A stretch of 64,000 nucleotides of DNA from Pseudomonadota bacterium (GCA_040388555.1 JAZKBP010000027.1:20463-84462); one strand, 5' to 3'. Numbered from the stretch's first letter, positions 41,928 to 50,863 are shown. The notes: generated from the sequence alone by a model not told the origin. Numbers and translations are program-made.

Positions 41928-42050
41928 GGGTGCTCCGATATGGATGTCGTACCCCCATAGTAGCAAATGCGTATCTTGTCTTGGCACACCGAATTGCATG
42001 AGAAACATGGAGCCCAGTCGCCTCGTACTGTCTCCGTATGTTGCGAGTGC

Positions 42051-42176
42051 CCGATTTCGCACGATAGCGTACGATTTCGCCCGATTGCGGCGCGAATTCT
42101 GCCGATTCGTATCCGAAGGCACGCGCTTTGAATCCGAAAACGCACGATTTCGAGCCGAAATTGAACGAATTTCGTC
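42051..42176. repeat. phased array of CGAT(T)TCG-containing decamers
   Basis: CCGATTTCGC/ACGATAGCGT/ACGATTTCGC/CCGATTGCGG/CGCGAATTCT/GCCGATTCGT occupy 42051-42110 in exact 10-nt register. Further copies lie at 42144 and 42165. Confidence 0.6.
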
Positions 42177-42201
42177 GCTGTTTCAATTGTCAAAAATTCG
42201 C

Positions 42202-43152
42202 TTAGCGCAATTTTCGCACGTGCATCTTGCGCCCAATCGCGACGATCGCGATAACGGCCAGGGCGAACAGAAAATTCGACGCTTGCAAGGGCTCGCCCAG
42301 CAAGACGGCCGCCCCCAGCAAGGTCAAGAACGGTTGCAGCAGCTGCACTTGCCCAACCCGTGCGATGCCGCCGCGCGCCATGCCCCGGTACCACAGGAAC
42401 ATCCCGATGAACATCGAGAACACCGACACGTAGGCGAAGGCGAGCCAGCTGCGCGCGCCAGCATGGGCGATGCTTCCCAATTGCTCCCAGCACAGATACA
42501 GCACCAGCGGCAGCAACACGGGCGCCGCCAGCACCAGCGCCCAACTGATCACCTCTTGCCCATCCATCAGTTTCGACAGGCGCCCGCCTTCCGCGTAGCC
42601 GATCGACGCCAGCACCACGGCCGCAAGCATCAGCAGGTCGGCTCGATGGAAGCTGCCGCCGCTCTGGCGCAGCGCGAAGCCGACCACGATGGCCGAACCG
42701 ATGACGGCCATGATCCAGAAGCCGGCGGACGGTTTCTCGTTCCCGCGCAGGGCGGAAAACAGCGCCGTCATCAGCGGCAAGACCCCGGCCAGCACCGCCG
42801 CGTGCGAGGCGGGCAGGGTACGCAAGGCGATCGACGTCAACCACGGAAAACCGACCACGCAGCCGGCCGCCACCAGGGCCAGCGGCAGCAAGGCCGCGCG
42901 CGGCGGCAATGGCGCGCGTCTGGCCCACAACCACGCGCCGGCGAGCGCGGCCGCAACCAATGCGCGGCCGAGCGCGACGAAGGCGGCCGGCAGTTCGGCC
43001 ACGGCCATGCGCGTGAAGGGCATGGTCAAGCTGAAGATCGCCACACCGGCCAGGCCCAGCAGCATGCCGGCGCTTTCCTCGCTGAGCACGCGCGTGGTGG
43101 GCAGGCGCGGGGCCAGCCCGATGCCGGTTTTTATGACGACGCTGTCGGACAT
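42202..43152 (-). CDS. DMT-superfamily (EamA-type) transporter
   Basis: About 10 TM helices in two EamA-like halves. The start is MSDSVVIK. Confidence 0.8.
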   Translation of the reverse strand: MSDSVVIKTGIGLAPRLPTTRVLSEESAGMLLGLAGVAIFSLTMPFTRMAVAELPAAFVALGRALVAAALAGAWLWARRAPLPPRAALLPLALVAAGCVVGFPWLTSIALRTLPASHAAVLAGVLPLMTALFSALRGNEKPSAGFWIMAVIGSAIVVGFALRQSGGSFHRADLLMLAAVVLASIGYAEGGRLSKLMDGQEVISWALVLAAPVLLPLVLYLCWEQLGSIAHAGARSWLAFAYVSVFSMFIGMFLWYRGMARGGIARVGQVQLLQPFLTLLGAAVLLGEPLQASNFLFALAVIAIVAIGRKMHVRKLR

Positions 43153-43153
43153 A

Positions 43154-44158
43154 TCAATCTCCCTGCAAAACGTGGCGGAACAGCTCGGAATCGACATTGC
43201 CACCACTGATGGGAAGCCCGATCTTGCGCCCGCGAATCAAGCCGCCGTCCTTGATTTGCAGCGCGCCGGCCAGCGCGGCGGCGCCAGCACCCTCGGCCAG
43301 GTTATGCGTGCTGCGGTAGTACAGGCGCATCGCGCGCGCGATTTCATCGTCATTCACGGCCAATACATCGTCGACGCATTCGAGCATGGTGGCCAAGCCG
43401 TCGCGGTCGGCCACGCGGCAGGCCATGCCGTCGGCCAGCACGGTCGTCACCGGCGCTTCGATGCTGTGGCGCGCGCGGAACGAGAGCTGGTAGGCCGGCG
43501 CGTGGCTCGACACAACGCCGATGATGCGGGTCTTGAGGCCCAGCGCGTGGCGCGCCGCCACCGCCCCGCACACCCCGGTGCCCACGCCGATCGGAACGAG
43601 CACTAGGTCCAGATCCGGCTGGGCGCGAAACAGCTCGCACCAACTGGTGGCCACCCCGGCCAGCAGGTCCGGATGGAAGGAGGGGATGAAATGCAGGCCT
43701 TCGCGCGCGGCCAGCTCTTGCGCGTACTCCTTGCTCTCCTGGACGTCAGCTCCGACTTCGATCAAGCGCGCGCCCAGCGCGCGCATGGCGGCGTTCTTTT
43801 CCACGCTGTTCACGCGCGGCACCACGATGGTCGTGTGCAAGCCATGGCGGCGCGCCGCGAATGCGATCGACTGCCCGTGGTTGCCGCGCGTGGCGCATAC
43901 GACGCCCTCAACTTCCGGGTGGTGGCGCACCAGCGCCTGCATGTACACCAAGCCGCCACGCACCTTGAAGGCGCCGATCGGGCTGTGGTTCTCGTGCTTG
44001 ATCCAGGCGTGGGCATCGAGCGCGGCATTGATCAAGGGCCAGGAGTATTGCGGCGTCGGCGGCATGGCGCAATACACCGCCCGCGCTGCCGCGTCCAGTT
44101 CGGCCGCGCTCGGCAGGAAGAGGGTGGGCGGGGCGGACATGCTGGTGGCTTGCTGCAT
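43154..44158 (-). CDS. fold-type II PLP enzyme, threonine dehydratase-like
   Basis: Contains KHENHSPIGAFKVRGG and CATRGNHGQS. It is divergent from the MocR regulator. Confidence 0.8.
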   Translation of the reverse strand: MQQATSMSAPPTLFLPSAAELDAAARAVYCAMPPTPQYSWPLINAALDAHAWIKHENHSPIGAFKVRGGLVYMQALVRHHPEVEGVVCATRGNHGQSIAFAARRHGLHTTIVVPRVNSVEKNAAMRALGARLIEVGADVQESKEYAQELAAREGLHFIPSFHPDLLAGVATSWCELFRAQPDLDLVLVPIGVGTGVCGAVAARHALGLKTRIIGVVSSHAPAYQLSFRARHSIEAPVTTVLADGMACRVADRDGLATMLECVDDVLAVNDDEIARAMRLYYRSTHNLAEGAGAAALAGALQIKDGGLIRGRKIGLPISGGNVDSELFRHVLQGD

Positions 44159-44266
44159 ACGGGTTCTCCGGTTGCGGTGGAAATGGCGATCGGTGTATCC
44201 TAGTCCACAAAGCCAATACAGTGCCAATACACATTGGCACATAATTTCTCATACTGTGACGGTAAA

Positions 44267-45754
44267 ATGGCCAATACACCTTCCCATGCCGCCGCGACGC
44301 CGTTCGTGACGCTGCTCTCGCGCGAGTCGGGCGAAACCTTGATCGACCAGATCGTGCGATCCGTGGTTGCGCGCATCGACGACAAACTGCTACGCGGCGG
44401 CGCGCGCATGCCGTCGATCCGCCAATTCGCCGCCACCCACGGCGTATCGTGCTTCACGGTTGTGGCCAGCTACGACAAGCTGGTGGCCAAAGGCTATCTG
44501 GAGTCGCGCCGCGGCGCCGGCTTCTTCGTACGCGAACGTTCACCCATCAATGTCGGCGAGCGTTCGGGCGAAGCGCCCGGCGCGCCGGCCGCGCCGCAAC
44601 CGCTCGACGTGGTCTGGCTGATCCGGAATATGTTCCGCCAATCGCCACTGCAAAAGGTGCCTGGCTCCGGCGTGCTGCCGGCCGAATGGCTTGATGGCGC
44701 CAGCATCGCCGGCGCGCTGCGCGACATCGGCCGCCAGCACAGCCGCCTGCTGCTGAACTACGGCGCGCCGCAAGGTTTCCTGCCGCTGCGCCAGCAATTG
44801 CAATTGAAGCTGGCCGAGCTGGAGATTGAAGCGGCGCCCGAGCAGTTCGTCACCACCGTGGGCGTGACCCAGGCGCTGGACTTGGTGGCGCGCGAATTCA
44901 CCCGCCCGGGCGACACCATCTTCGTTGACGACCCGGCCTGGTTTCTGATGTTCGGCTCCTTCGCCGCCCTGGGCGCGCGCGTGGTGGGCATCCCGCGCTT
45001 GGCCGACGGGCCGGACATCGCCCAGTTGGCGCAGCTGGCGGCCCTGCACAAGCCAAAGCTCTACGTGATCAACTCGGTGCTGCACAACCCCACTTCGACC
45101 TCACTGTCGGCGGCCAAGGCCTTCCAGGTGTTGCGTATCGCCGAGGAGCACGGCATCACCATTGTCGAGGACGACATTTACTGCGACCTGCATCCGGGCA
45201 GCGCGGTGCAGCCGGCCACCCGCCTGGCGGCGCTGGATCAGCTGCAGCGGGTGATTTACTTGGGCGGCTTTTCGAAGTCGCTGGCGGCGAACTTGCGGGT
45301 TGGTTTTATCGCCACCTCGCCCGAGTGGGCGCGTCGCCTGGCCGACCGCAAAATGCTCGCTACCCTGACCACCAGCGACATCACTGAGCGCGTGGTCTAC
45401 AAGATCCTGTCCGAGGGCTCGTATCGCAAGCAGGTCGACCGTATTCGCGCGCGCCTCGATGCCCTGCGCGCCAAGACGGTGCGCCAGATCGAGCGCGCCG
45501 GCCTGCGGGTGGACGTGGCGCCGCCAGCCGGGATGTTCGTGTGGGCCGATGCCGGTTGTGATACCAATGTGCTGACCGAGCGCGCCATGGCCGAGGGCTT
45601 GCTGTTCGCGCCCGGTAGCCTGTTTTCGCCTAATCAGTTGCCCTCGACCCGCATGCGTCTGAACGTGGCGACGATGCAGGAGCCGACGGTGTGGAAGTTC
45701 TTGCAGCGGGAGATGGAGGCGCGCGATGTGCGCAAGGGCGTGAGCGCGGGTTGA
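44267..45754 (+). CDS. MocR-subfamily GntR regulator (HTH + aminotransferase-like domain)
   Basis: N-terminal wHTH (...GGARMPSIRQFAATHGVSCFTVVASYDKLVAKGYLESRRGAGFFV) followed by a class I aminotransferase-like domain with GGFSKSL. Confidence 0.85.
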   Translation: MANTPSHAAATPFVTLLSRESGETLIDQIVRSVVARIDDKLLRGGARMPSIRQFAATHGVSCFTVVASYDKLVAKGYLESRRGAGFFVRERSPINVGERSGEAPGAPAAPQPLDVVWLIRNMFRQSPLQKVPGSGVLPAEWLDGASIAGALRDIGRQHSRLLLNYGAPQGFLPLRQQLQLKLAELEIEAAPEQFVTTVGVTQALDLVAREFTRPGDTIFVDDPAWFLMFGSFAALGARVVGIPRLADGPDIAQLAQLAALHKPKLYVINSVLHNPTSTSLSAAKAFQVLRIAEEHGITIVEDDIYCDLHPGSAVQPATRLAALDQLQRVIYLGGFSKSLAANLRVGFIATSPEWARRLADRKMLATLTTSDITERVVYKILSEGSYRKQVDRIRARLDALRAKTVRQIERAGLRVDVAPPAGMFVWADAGCDTNVLTERAMAEGLLFAPGSLFSPNQLPSTRMRLNVATMQEPTVWKFLQREMEARDVRKGVSAG

Positions 45755-45895
45755 CGTCGCAGTGTGCCACTACCCTGCATCGCGCGCAGGCTGGCGTTTC
45801 CGATTGGCTAGCGACCTCCAGCTACCCGAGTGTGTGGCACATACGGATTTGCTACCTACATATTCATGGGTACCGAATGGGACTGCAAACTTCAG

Positions 45896-46246
45896 TCAGT
45901 GAAGGCGAACCGTGCAGCTAATGGGCTGGCCGTTTGCCTTAATGGTGATGTCGAAACGTTCCGGAATTTTTGGTACATAACGGAGGTTGCCGCTACTTCC
46001 ATCAATCTGTAAATCGGCACGCAGAAGATGCGCGCCGCACGCGTCAATTTTGCGCAATTCAAGGAGACGGACACTCGGCGCTCCGGCCTCCTTCAATCGG
46101 CGCATGAATTCCGAAATGTCAGAATCGGCTTCTGCCAGGGCGATAACACGAGCGCCTCCGATTCCCGAACTTGCAAATGGAATAAAGACCGATGACGGCG
46201 TCGCGGCAGCCAGGGCTGATGAGAGATTGAGTGGATGAGGTTTGCA
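45896..46246 (-). pseudogene. open frame lacking a start codon upstream of an internal ATG (69-aa ORF 45896..46105); possible gene remnant
   Basis: My own translation shows the frame open from 46246 (...VFIPFASSGIGGARVIALAEADSDISEFMRRLKEAG...). No ATG/GTG/TTG occurs before 46105, and that ATG has no Shine-Dalgarno. Confidence 0.2.
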
Positions 46247-46260
46247 TCAATCCGGACCAA

Positions 46261-46542
46261 TCACACTTTATCGAAGGACACACTGATGCCAAACGTGTTT
46301 TCGAGCCAACCCTCTGCGGCCTTGAAGTCTCCGAAGCGGACAACGTGATCGCCGCCAGCAAGGTGCAGCGTGATAACCGGGGTGACCACGACTGGACTTA
46401 TCTGAGGTTCCCCGTCTCCAGCCAAGCTTGCGACGTTTACACCTCCTCCTGTTCGCACGGTCTTGCAGCTGACAGCTTCCACCTTTTCAAGATCGACGAA
46501 GTGGTTGGGGTTGTCCTTTTCCGGCACCTTAAAGTATTTCAT
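46261..46542 (-). CDS. hypothetical protein (93 aa)
   Basis: The start MKYFKVPEKD has a strong AGGAGG 6-7 nt upstream. It is divergent from parA. Confidence 0.55.
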   Translation of the reverse strand: MKYFKVPEKDNPNHFVDLEKVEAVSCKTVRTGGGVNVASLAGDGEPQISPVVVTPVITLHLAGGDHVVRFGDFKAAEGWLENTFGISVSFDKV

Positions 46543-46717
46543 GCTGTCCCTCCTGATCATGCCGGCAACCGGCCGGCTCGGATTCTGCATTCTAGCGCCT
46601 TCTGGACGGATCATGCTTAGATGACACTTGCTCCTGAGTAAGCGTAAAAACGGTTCTTCCTATAATCGTATTGTCGGCAAAGCGTATTGCCTCCAATCCG
46701 TAAATAAGGGAACCAGC

Positions 46718-47347
46718 ATGATCATCGGCTTACTGAACCAGAAGGGCGGGGTGGGGAAGACCACACTCGCCATCGCACTTGCATCGTGCTTCGCCCAGAT
46801 GGGCTATCGTGTCCTCCTGGTGGACATCGACCCCCAACGCAGCGCCCTGGATTGGGCGGCAGCGCGCCAGGGAGATCCGTTGTTCTCCGTCGTTGGGCTG
46901 CCGCGGGCGTCCATCCACAAGGAAATCGCCTCGATCGGCGCCGGCTACGACATTGTGATCCTGGACGGCCCGCCGCGCGTGACCGACCTGGCCCGCAGTG
47001 CCATCCTGGCGTCGGACCTAGTGGTGATCCCGGTGCAGCCATCGCCCTATGACATCTGGGCGGCCGAGGAGATCATCAAGCTGGTGGACGAGGCGCGCAT
47101 CTATAAGGAAAACCTGAAAGCCTGCTTTGCGATTAACCGCAAAATCGCAAATACGGCCATCGGGCGCGACGTGCGCGACGCTTTGGCTGCCTACCCACTG
47201 CACGTCCTGGAGTTGACCGTCACGCAGCGCGTGGTGTTTGCCGAGGCAGCTGCATCCGGCCAGGCGGTATGGGAGGTCGACCCGGACAGTCCGGCCAGCG
47301 CCGAGACGACCGCACTTGCAACGGAAATTTTGGAGTATCTGGCATGA
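46718..47347 (+). CDS. parA: ParA-family partition ATPase (small plasmid type)
   Basis: Deviant Walker A NQKGGVGKTT, VLLVDIDPQ, and ILDGPP, at 209 aa from MIIGLLN. Confidence 0.9.
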   Translation: MIIGLLNQKGGVGKTTLAIALASCFAQMGYRVLLVDIDPQRSALDWAAARQGDPLFSVVGLPRASIHKEIASIGAGYDIVILDGPPRVTDLARSAILASDLVVIPVQPSPYDIWAAEEIIKLVDEARIYKENLKACFAINRKIANTAIGRDVRDALAAYPLHVLELTVTQRVVFAEAAASGQAVWEVDPDSPASAETTALATEILEYLA

Positions 47348-47589
47348 GCAAGAAGGTGACGTTCGGCACGCGCCCGACTGCGCGCGAGACACCGCCAGCG
47401 CCCGCAGGTGACGACTGGGTAACGAACCGCAGCGAAGGCGGTGCTCCAGAACCACTCAAGCGCTTGACGTTCGACGTTCCCGAGAGCTTGCACACCGCAA
47501 TGAAGATCGACTGCGCGCGGCGCAAGGTGAAGATGGGACACGAAGTGCTGGCCCTGCTTGAAGCGAAATGGCGTCCAAAGCAGGACTGA
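47344..47589 (+). CDS. ribbon-helix-helix partition/centromere-binding protein (ParG-like)
   Basis: ATGA overlap with parA. A disordered basic N-terminus is followed by KRLTFDVPESLHTAMKIDCARRKVKMGHEVLALLE, an RHH pattern. Confidence 0.7.
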   Translation: MSKKVTFGTRPTARETPPAPAGDDWVTNRSEGGAPEPLKRLTFDVPESLHTAMKIDCARRKVKMGHEVLALLEAKWRPKQD

Positions 47590-47658
47590 TGCGAATCCCG
47601 GTGTCATAGTCGGCGATTTGTTGAGCTGTAACACTATCGCTCGAAGCGGGTTTGCCCT

Positions 47659-48414
47659 TTACTTTGCCGATACCAATACGAACTCCTTCGGCAGGGCCAT
47701 CGTTTTTTGCCATTCTGTGGTGATCGTCAGACGAGAAAAATCTATTTCCACTGGGCCTTCGCTAATCCCTTCCGGGATTTCTGGTTCAATGCGAACATTA
47801 AATCGTGCAAAATCGACCTTCTTGCCGTCAATAAAATCAAAGGCGGTGAGCTTGAGTATCGGGCCTTCGATTGTGCCCATTATCTGCACCGTCGGATCAG
47901 GGAATCCCCATTTCGGGACGGCTCTTGACGTAATCATTCCTACCGCCGTTCCACCTTCCATTGATAGCTCGATTCTTACTGACGGCTCCGCAGGGCCGCT
48001 CTTGATTGATTGGGCTTGGCTAGTCCATATTCCCGTCAAATTTCGACTGAGCCGCCACTGATGCCATTCAGCGGCAAGCGTTTGATAGGCAGTCGACGGT
48101 ATTTTGGGGATGTCCTTCACGTTTGCCACGCCTGCGGCCGACAGCGCAACGCAAATGGCGACAAGCAGCGCCGCGACACGACGCCCCCACACCACGACAC
48201 TGGACGTTTTAGTAGGGATCGAAGGCGATTGTCGAACGTTCCGACGCAGGTGAGTTCGTTGCGACGGGTGCACAGGTGGCTTACGCATCTTGTTGGCGGA
48301 CTGTAATGGATTGGACCCTGAATCATATCGCAAAGCGCGATCATCTCCGCTCGCGCAGGAGGCGTCGGTCCTCCCTGAAGCGAAATGGCGCCCCAAGTCA
48401 GGTTGATTTGCCAT
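47659..48414 (-). CDS. hypothetical single-pass membrane protein
   Basis: 251-aa ORF with one TM helix (VAALLVAICVALSAAGV) and a ~160-aa extracytoplasmic domain. An alternative start lies at 48288. Confidence 0.5.
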   Translation of the reverse strand: MANQPDLGRHFASGRTDASCASGDDRALRYDSGSNPLQSANKMRKPPVHPSQRTHLRRNVRQSPSIPTKTSSVVVWGRRVAALLVAICVALSAAGVANVKDIPKIPSTAYQTLAAEWHQWRLSRNLTGIWTSQAQSIKSGPAEPSVRIELSMEGGTAVGMITSRAVPKWGFPDPTVQIMGTIEGPILKLTAFDFIDGKKVDFARFNVRIEPEIPEGISEGPVEIDFSRLTITTEWQKTMALPKEFVLVSAK

Positions 48415-48447
48415 ACTGTGTTTTTATCCTGTTGTTTTGGGGGCGCC

Positions 48448-48672
48448 ATGGAAACCTTCGAAGAACGCCTTGTGCCGTTCTACTTGGTTCGCTATTTCAA
48501 CGAAGTCACCAAAAAATGGGCGACGACTAGGTGGCGCATGTCCGCGGAGGCTGCCGCGAGCCGATACGCGGGCCAGCAGTATGAGATTTTGCGTGGAACC
48601 AGGATCTACCAGCGCCTCGGTGGCGACCCGATGCGTAGCCAGGCCGGCCACCTCTACCAGAAGCGTGAATAG
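48448..48672 (+). CDS. hypothetical protein (74 aa)
   Basis: METFEERLVPFYLVRYF... with a GGGGG Shine-Dalgarno-like run 4 nt upstream. It is the only plus-strand ORF in the string. Confidence 0.4.
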   Translation: METFEERLVPFYLVRYFNEVTKKWATTRWRMSAEAAASRYAGQQYEILRGTRIYQRLGGDPMRSQAGHLYQKRE

Positions 48673-49155
48673 CTACCAAAGGCAACTGATGTCGATCGCG
48701 TTGCTGTTCTTGTCCTTGGGGTAGGTGACGGTGCATTCAGTGGTCGCGTCATCGAGTTGCCTTGATAGGATTGCGTCGCGCTGGCCGCCGTCGCCGTAGT
48801 AACACGCCATCCATTTCTCACCATAGCCATCCCGGCTAAGGCCTTCCCACTTCGAAAATCCTCGGCCGCCGTCCTTGCCCGAGCCCTTAGTCCTACCAAC
48901 CGTCGTTGGCTTTGACATCGTCATTGTTTCGGGCGCCCCAAGCATGAGGCCAGCCGAATGCAATGGCAGACCGGGCTGAAACTCGAAAGGCACGAACGGC
49001 GTCCATCCATCGGGTGCCTCGACGATCTTGATCGACTTCCTCGGTATTTCAGCCGGGCATGCAATGCGATGCTCGACTGGCGCGACATTGTGGAACCCCA
49101 ATTGGCGTAATAACGAGGAAATAAGCAATATCGAACTATGGAAGGTGAATCGCAT
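48673..49155 (-). CDS. hypothetical protein with signal-peptide-like N-terminus
   Basis: MRFTFHSSILLISSLLRQ... The ATG lies inside the last codons of the upstream ORF (20-nt overlap). Cysteines are spaced through the sequence. Confidence 0.5.
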   Translation of the reverse strand: MRFTFHSSILLISSLLRQLGFHNVAPVEHRIACPAEIPRKSIKIVEAPDGWTPFVPFEFQPGLPLHSAGLMLGAPETMTMSKPTTVGRTKGSGKDGGRGFSKWEGLSRDGYGEKWMACYYGDGGQRDAILSRQLDDATTECTVTYPKDKNSNAIDISCLW

Positions 49156-49534
49156 ATTCCATCATGTTTGGACTAAAATCAAAATATGGCCATGGAGCTG
49201 GTTCAGTGAAGCCAAACTTGTCGCGTTCACCATTTATACCTAACTCATGTGGTTTCTTGATTTGTTTGCCAAATGTATTGGTTGGAGCGGCGTCAAGTAT
49301 GGCAGCAAATTTTGCGTGAATTTTGTCGATATCCGCTATCTGTCGAATATTGGATTTAATGTCTTGCATTCTCTTTAACCATTCTGGGTGGGCGGTGATC
49401 GTGTTTAATGTGCATGCCCCCTGATTCCAAAGGCGGACTCCAAGCACGACATGGTCAGAATATAAGTAATTAACGCCGATTACTAGCTTTTGGCGTTGTT
49501 CCAAGTAGATATCATAGCTGTCGTATTTAGACAT
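49136..49534 (-). CDS. hypothetical protein (132 aa)
   Basis: The preferred start is ATG 49534 (MSKYDSYDIYLEQ) with GGGAA upstream. The track start at 49615 is a TTG without a Shine-Dalgarno. Confidence 0.5.
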   Translation of the reverse strand: MSKYDSYDIYLEQRQKLVIGVNYLYSDHVVLGVRLWNQGACTLNTITAHPEWLKRMQDIKSNIRQIADIDKIHAKFAAILDAAPTNTFGKQIKKPHELGINGERDKFGFTEPAPWPYFDFSPNMMEYAIHLP

Positions 49535-49598
49535 ACGTTTCCCATGTCCCAAAGTCCGATCGAGTGCGCTATTTGCAAACCCCGGTTTTTCAGAAATT

Positions 49599-49910
49599 CT
49601 ATTCTGATTCTTCAAAAAAAGAAAAGGCGCAAGACTTGATTATTCCTCGACGTGTTTTATAACAAATAATATGTCCATCAGAATTGGCCAAGTTCCCCAT
49701 TTCGTCTTGGTCATAGACTACATCGTAATCTCCTACGAATTCAGCGCCATATTCATCAGCGACTCTCTTTATTTTTACAAAAGTAACGTCCCCAACTCCA
49801 TCAAATAGACCAGAACTTCTTGCCTTGGCGTTCCACGTTAGTCTTTGGCCGCTACGCAATGCCAATGACCTGCGCCAGCTATCTCGCTCTTTGTCGTCAT
49901 AAATTCGCAT
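49599..49910 (-). CDS. hypothetical protein (103 aa)
   Basis: ATG start in low-G+C DNA. I recognise no family. Confidence 0.45.
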   Translation of the reverse strand: MRIYDDKERDSWRRSLALRSGQRLTWNAKARSSGLFDGVGDVTFVKIKRVADEYGAEFVGDYDVVYDQDEMGNLANSDGHIICYKTRRGIIKSCAFSFFEESE

Positions 49911-50117
49911 GAAATTTTCATTCCTGGATATTGGTAATATATTTAGTTCTGTCTCGCTATATTTGGGAAGACGTTGACATCAAAGCTTGGAAAGATCCGG
50001 GAGTGCGCGCAATTTCTTTATGGCTGACATGATGAACTGATTCCATGAAACGAACAACCTTTGCCCTGCAGCGCTCAGGCTAAACAGTCACGATCCATCT
50101 ACCATAATCCTCGCGGA

Positions 50118-50519
50118 TTATTTCCAATAATTCAATATCTTCCTCATCTTCATATCAATTTGGTATGCGCGTTCAGTTTCTAGTTTACGTTCTGGGGTGG
50201 TGCGTTTCATTCTTTCTTCTTCTAGTCTCTTTACTTCAGCCTGATATCCTGGTGTATTTTGAGCGATACGTAATAGTTCATTCGGATCAGTGATGGCTCG
50301 CCGCGGCTCGCGCGCACTCTCAGGTTGCGCGTAATATCTATTTTTTAACCTATCGAGTTCGCTATTAGCATTGCGAATAATATTGGACCAGCGCTCCTTG
50401 GTTTGCTGTTCATATTCGACCGACGTATAGTTGAGCTCGCTGCGTCGAGCAACTTGAAGGCGGCTAATTTCTTGTTCGAGGGCGGCCTCCGCCCTTTCAA
50501 ATTCTTGTCTGTTCATCAT
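50118..50519 (-). CDS. hypothetical coiled-coil protein (133 aa)
   Basis: AAGGA lies 6 nt upstream. The product is a highly charged heptad-like sequence rich in E/R/K/Q. Confidence 0.55.
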   Translation of the reverse strand: MMNRQEFERAEAALEQEISRLQVARRSELNYTSVEYEQQTKERWSNIIRNANSELDRLKNRYYAQPESAREPRRAITDPNELLRIAQNTPGYQAEVKRLEEERMKRTTPERKLETERAYQIDMKMRKILNYWK

Positions 50520-50606
50520 GGTCGTCCTTGTGGAGCGGTAGGGTATGAACCGTATGAACCATGTCCTGTCCCTACCGGAAAATTATATTTATTAATCTAA
50601 CAACTA

Positions 50607-50765
50607 TCAAGAACGCAAATTTCTAAGCTTTTGTTCCTGTCGCCGAAGTTCTTCCTCCATGGAGCGTCGATAATCTGGCTCGTCTTTTGCTCGTTGCGAG
50701 TCAAGGTTATCTTCAAGGCCATTTATAATATCCTGAACTACACGTTCTTCATCTTTTGTCGCCAA
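50607..50765 (-). CDS. hypothetical charged mini-protein (52 aa, TTG start)
   Basis: My own translation gives (M)ATKDEERVVQDIINGLEDNLDSQRAKDEPDYRRSMEEELRRQEQKLRNLRS. GGAG lies 7 nt upstream, and an in-frame TAA just upstream forces the TTG start. Confidence 0.4.
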   Translation of the reverse strand: MATKDEERVVQDIINGLEDNLDSQRAKDEPDYRRSMEEELRRQEQKLRNLRS

Positions 50766-50863
50766 AGTTTATCTCCAATTGAGTGAGTAGTTAAAAATAG
50801 CTAAATTTATCTCTTCCATAGCAACTCTATTTTGCCATGAAATTATCAGCATCTTAGTGAATT

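Noticed and set aside
45755-45900. tRNA gene, integrase or att direct repeats at the borders of the 45.8-52.8 kb island (right border 52830..53158 also inspected)
   Set aside because: I recognised no cloverleaf-like sequence or T-loop motif. No recombinase-like ORF appears in any frame. By eye I found no shared segment of 10 nt or more between the two borders. This needs a computational repeat search to be definitive.
49535-49615. TTG start at 49615 giving a 17-nt overlap between the 103-aa and 159-aa island ORFs
   Set aside because: The TTG has no Shine-Dalgarno and follows an A-run. The ATG at 49534 has a GGGAA motif at suitable distance, so I do not claim coupling of these two ORFs.
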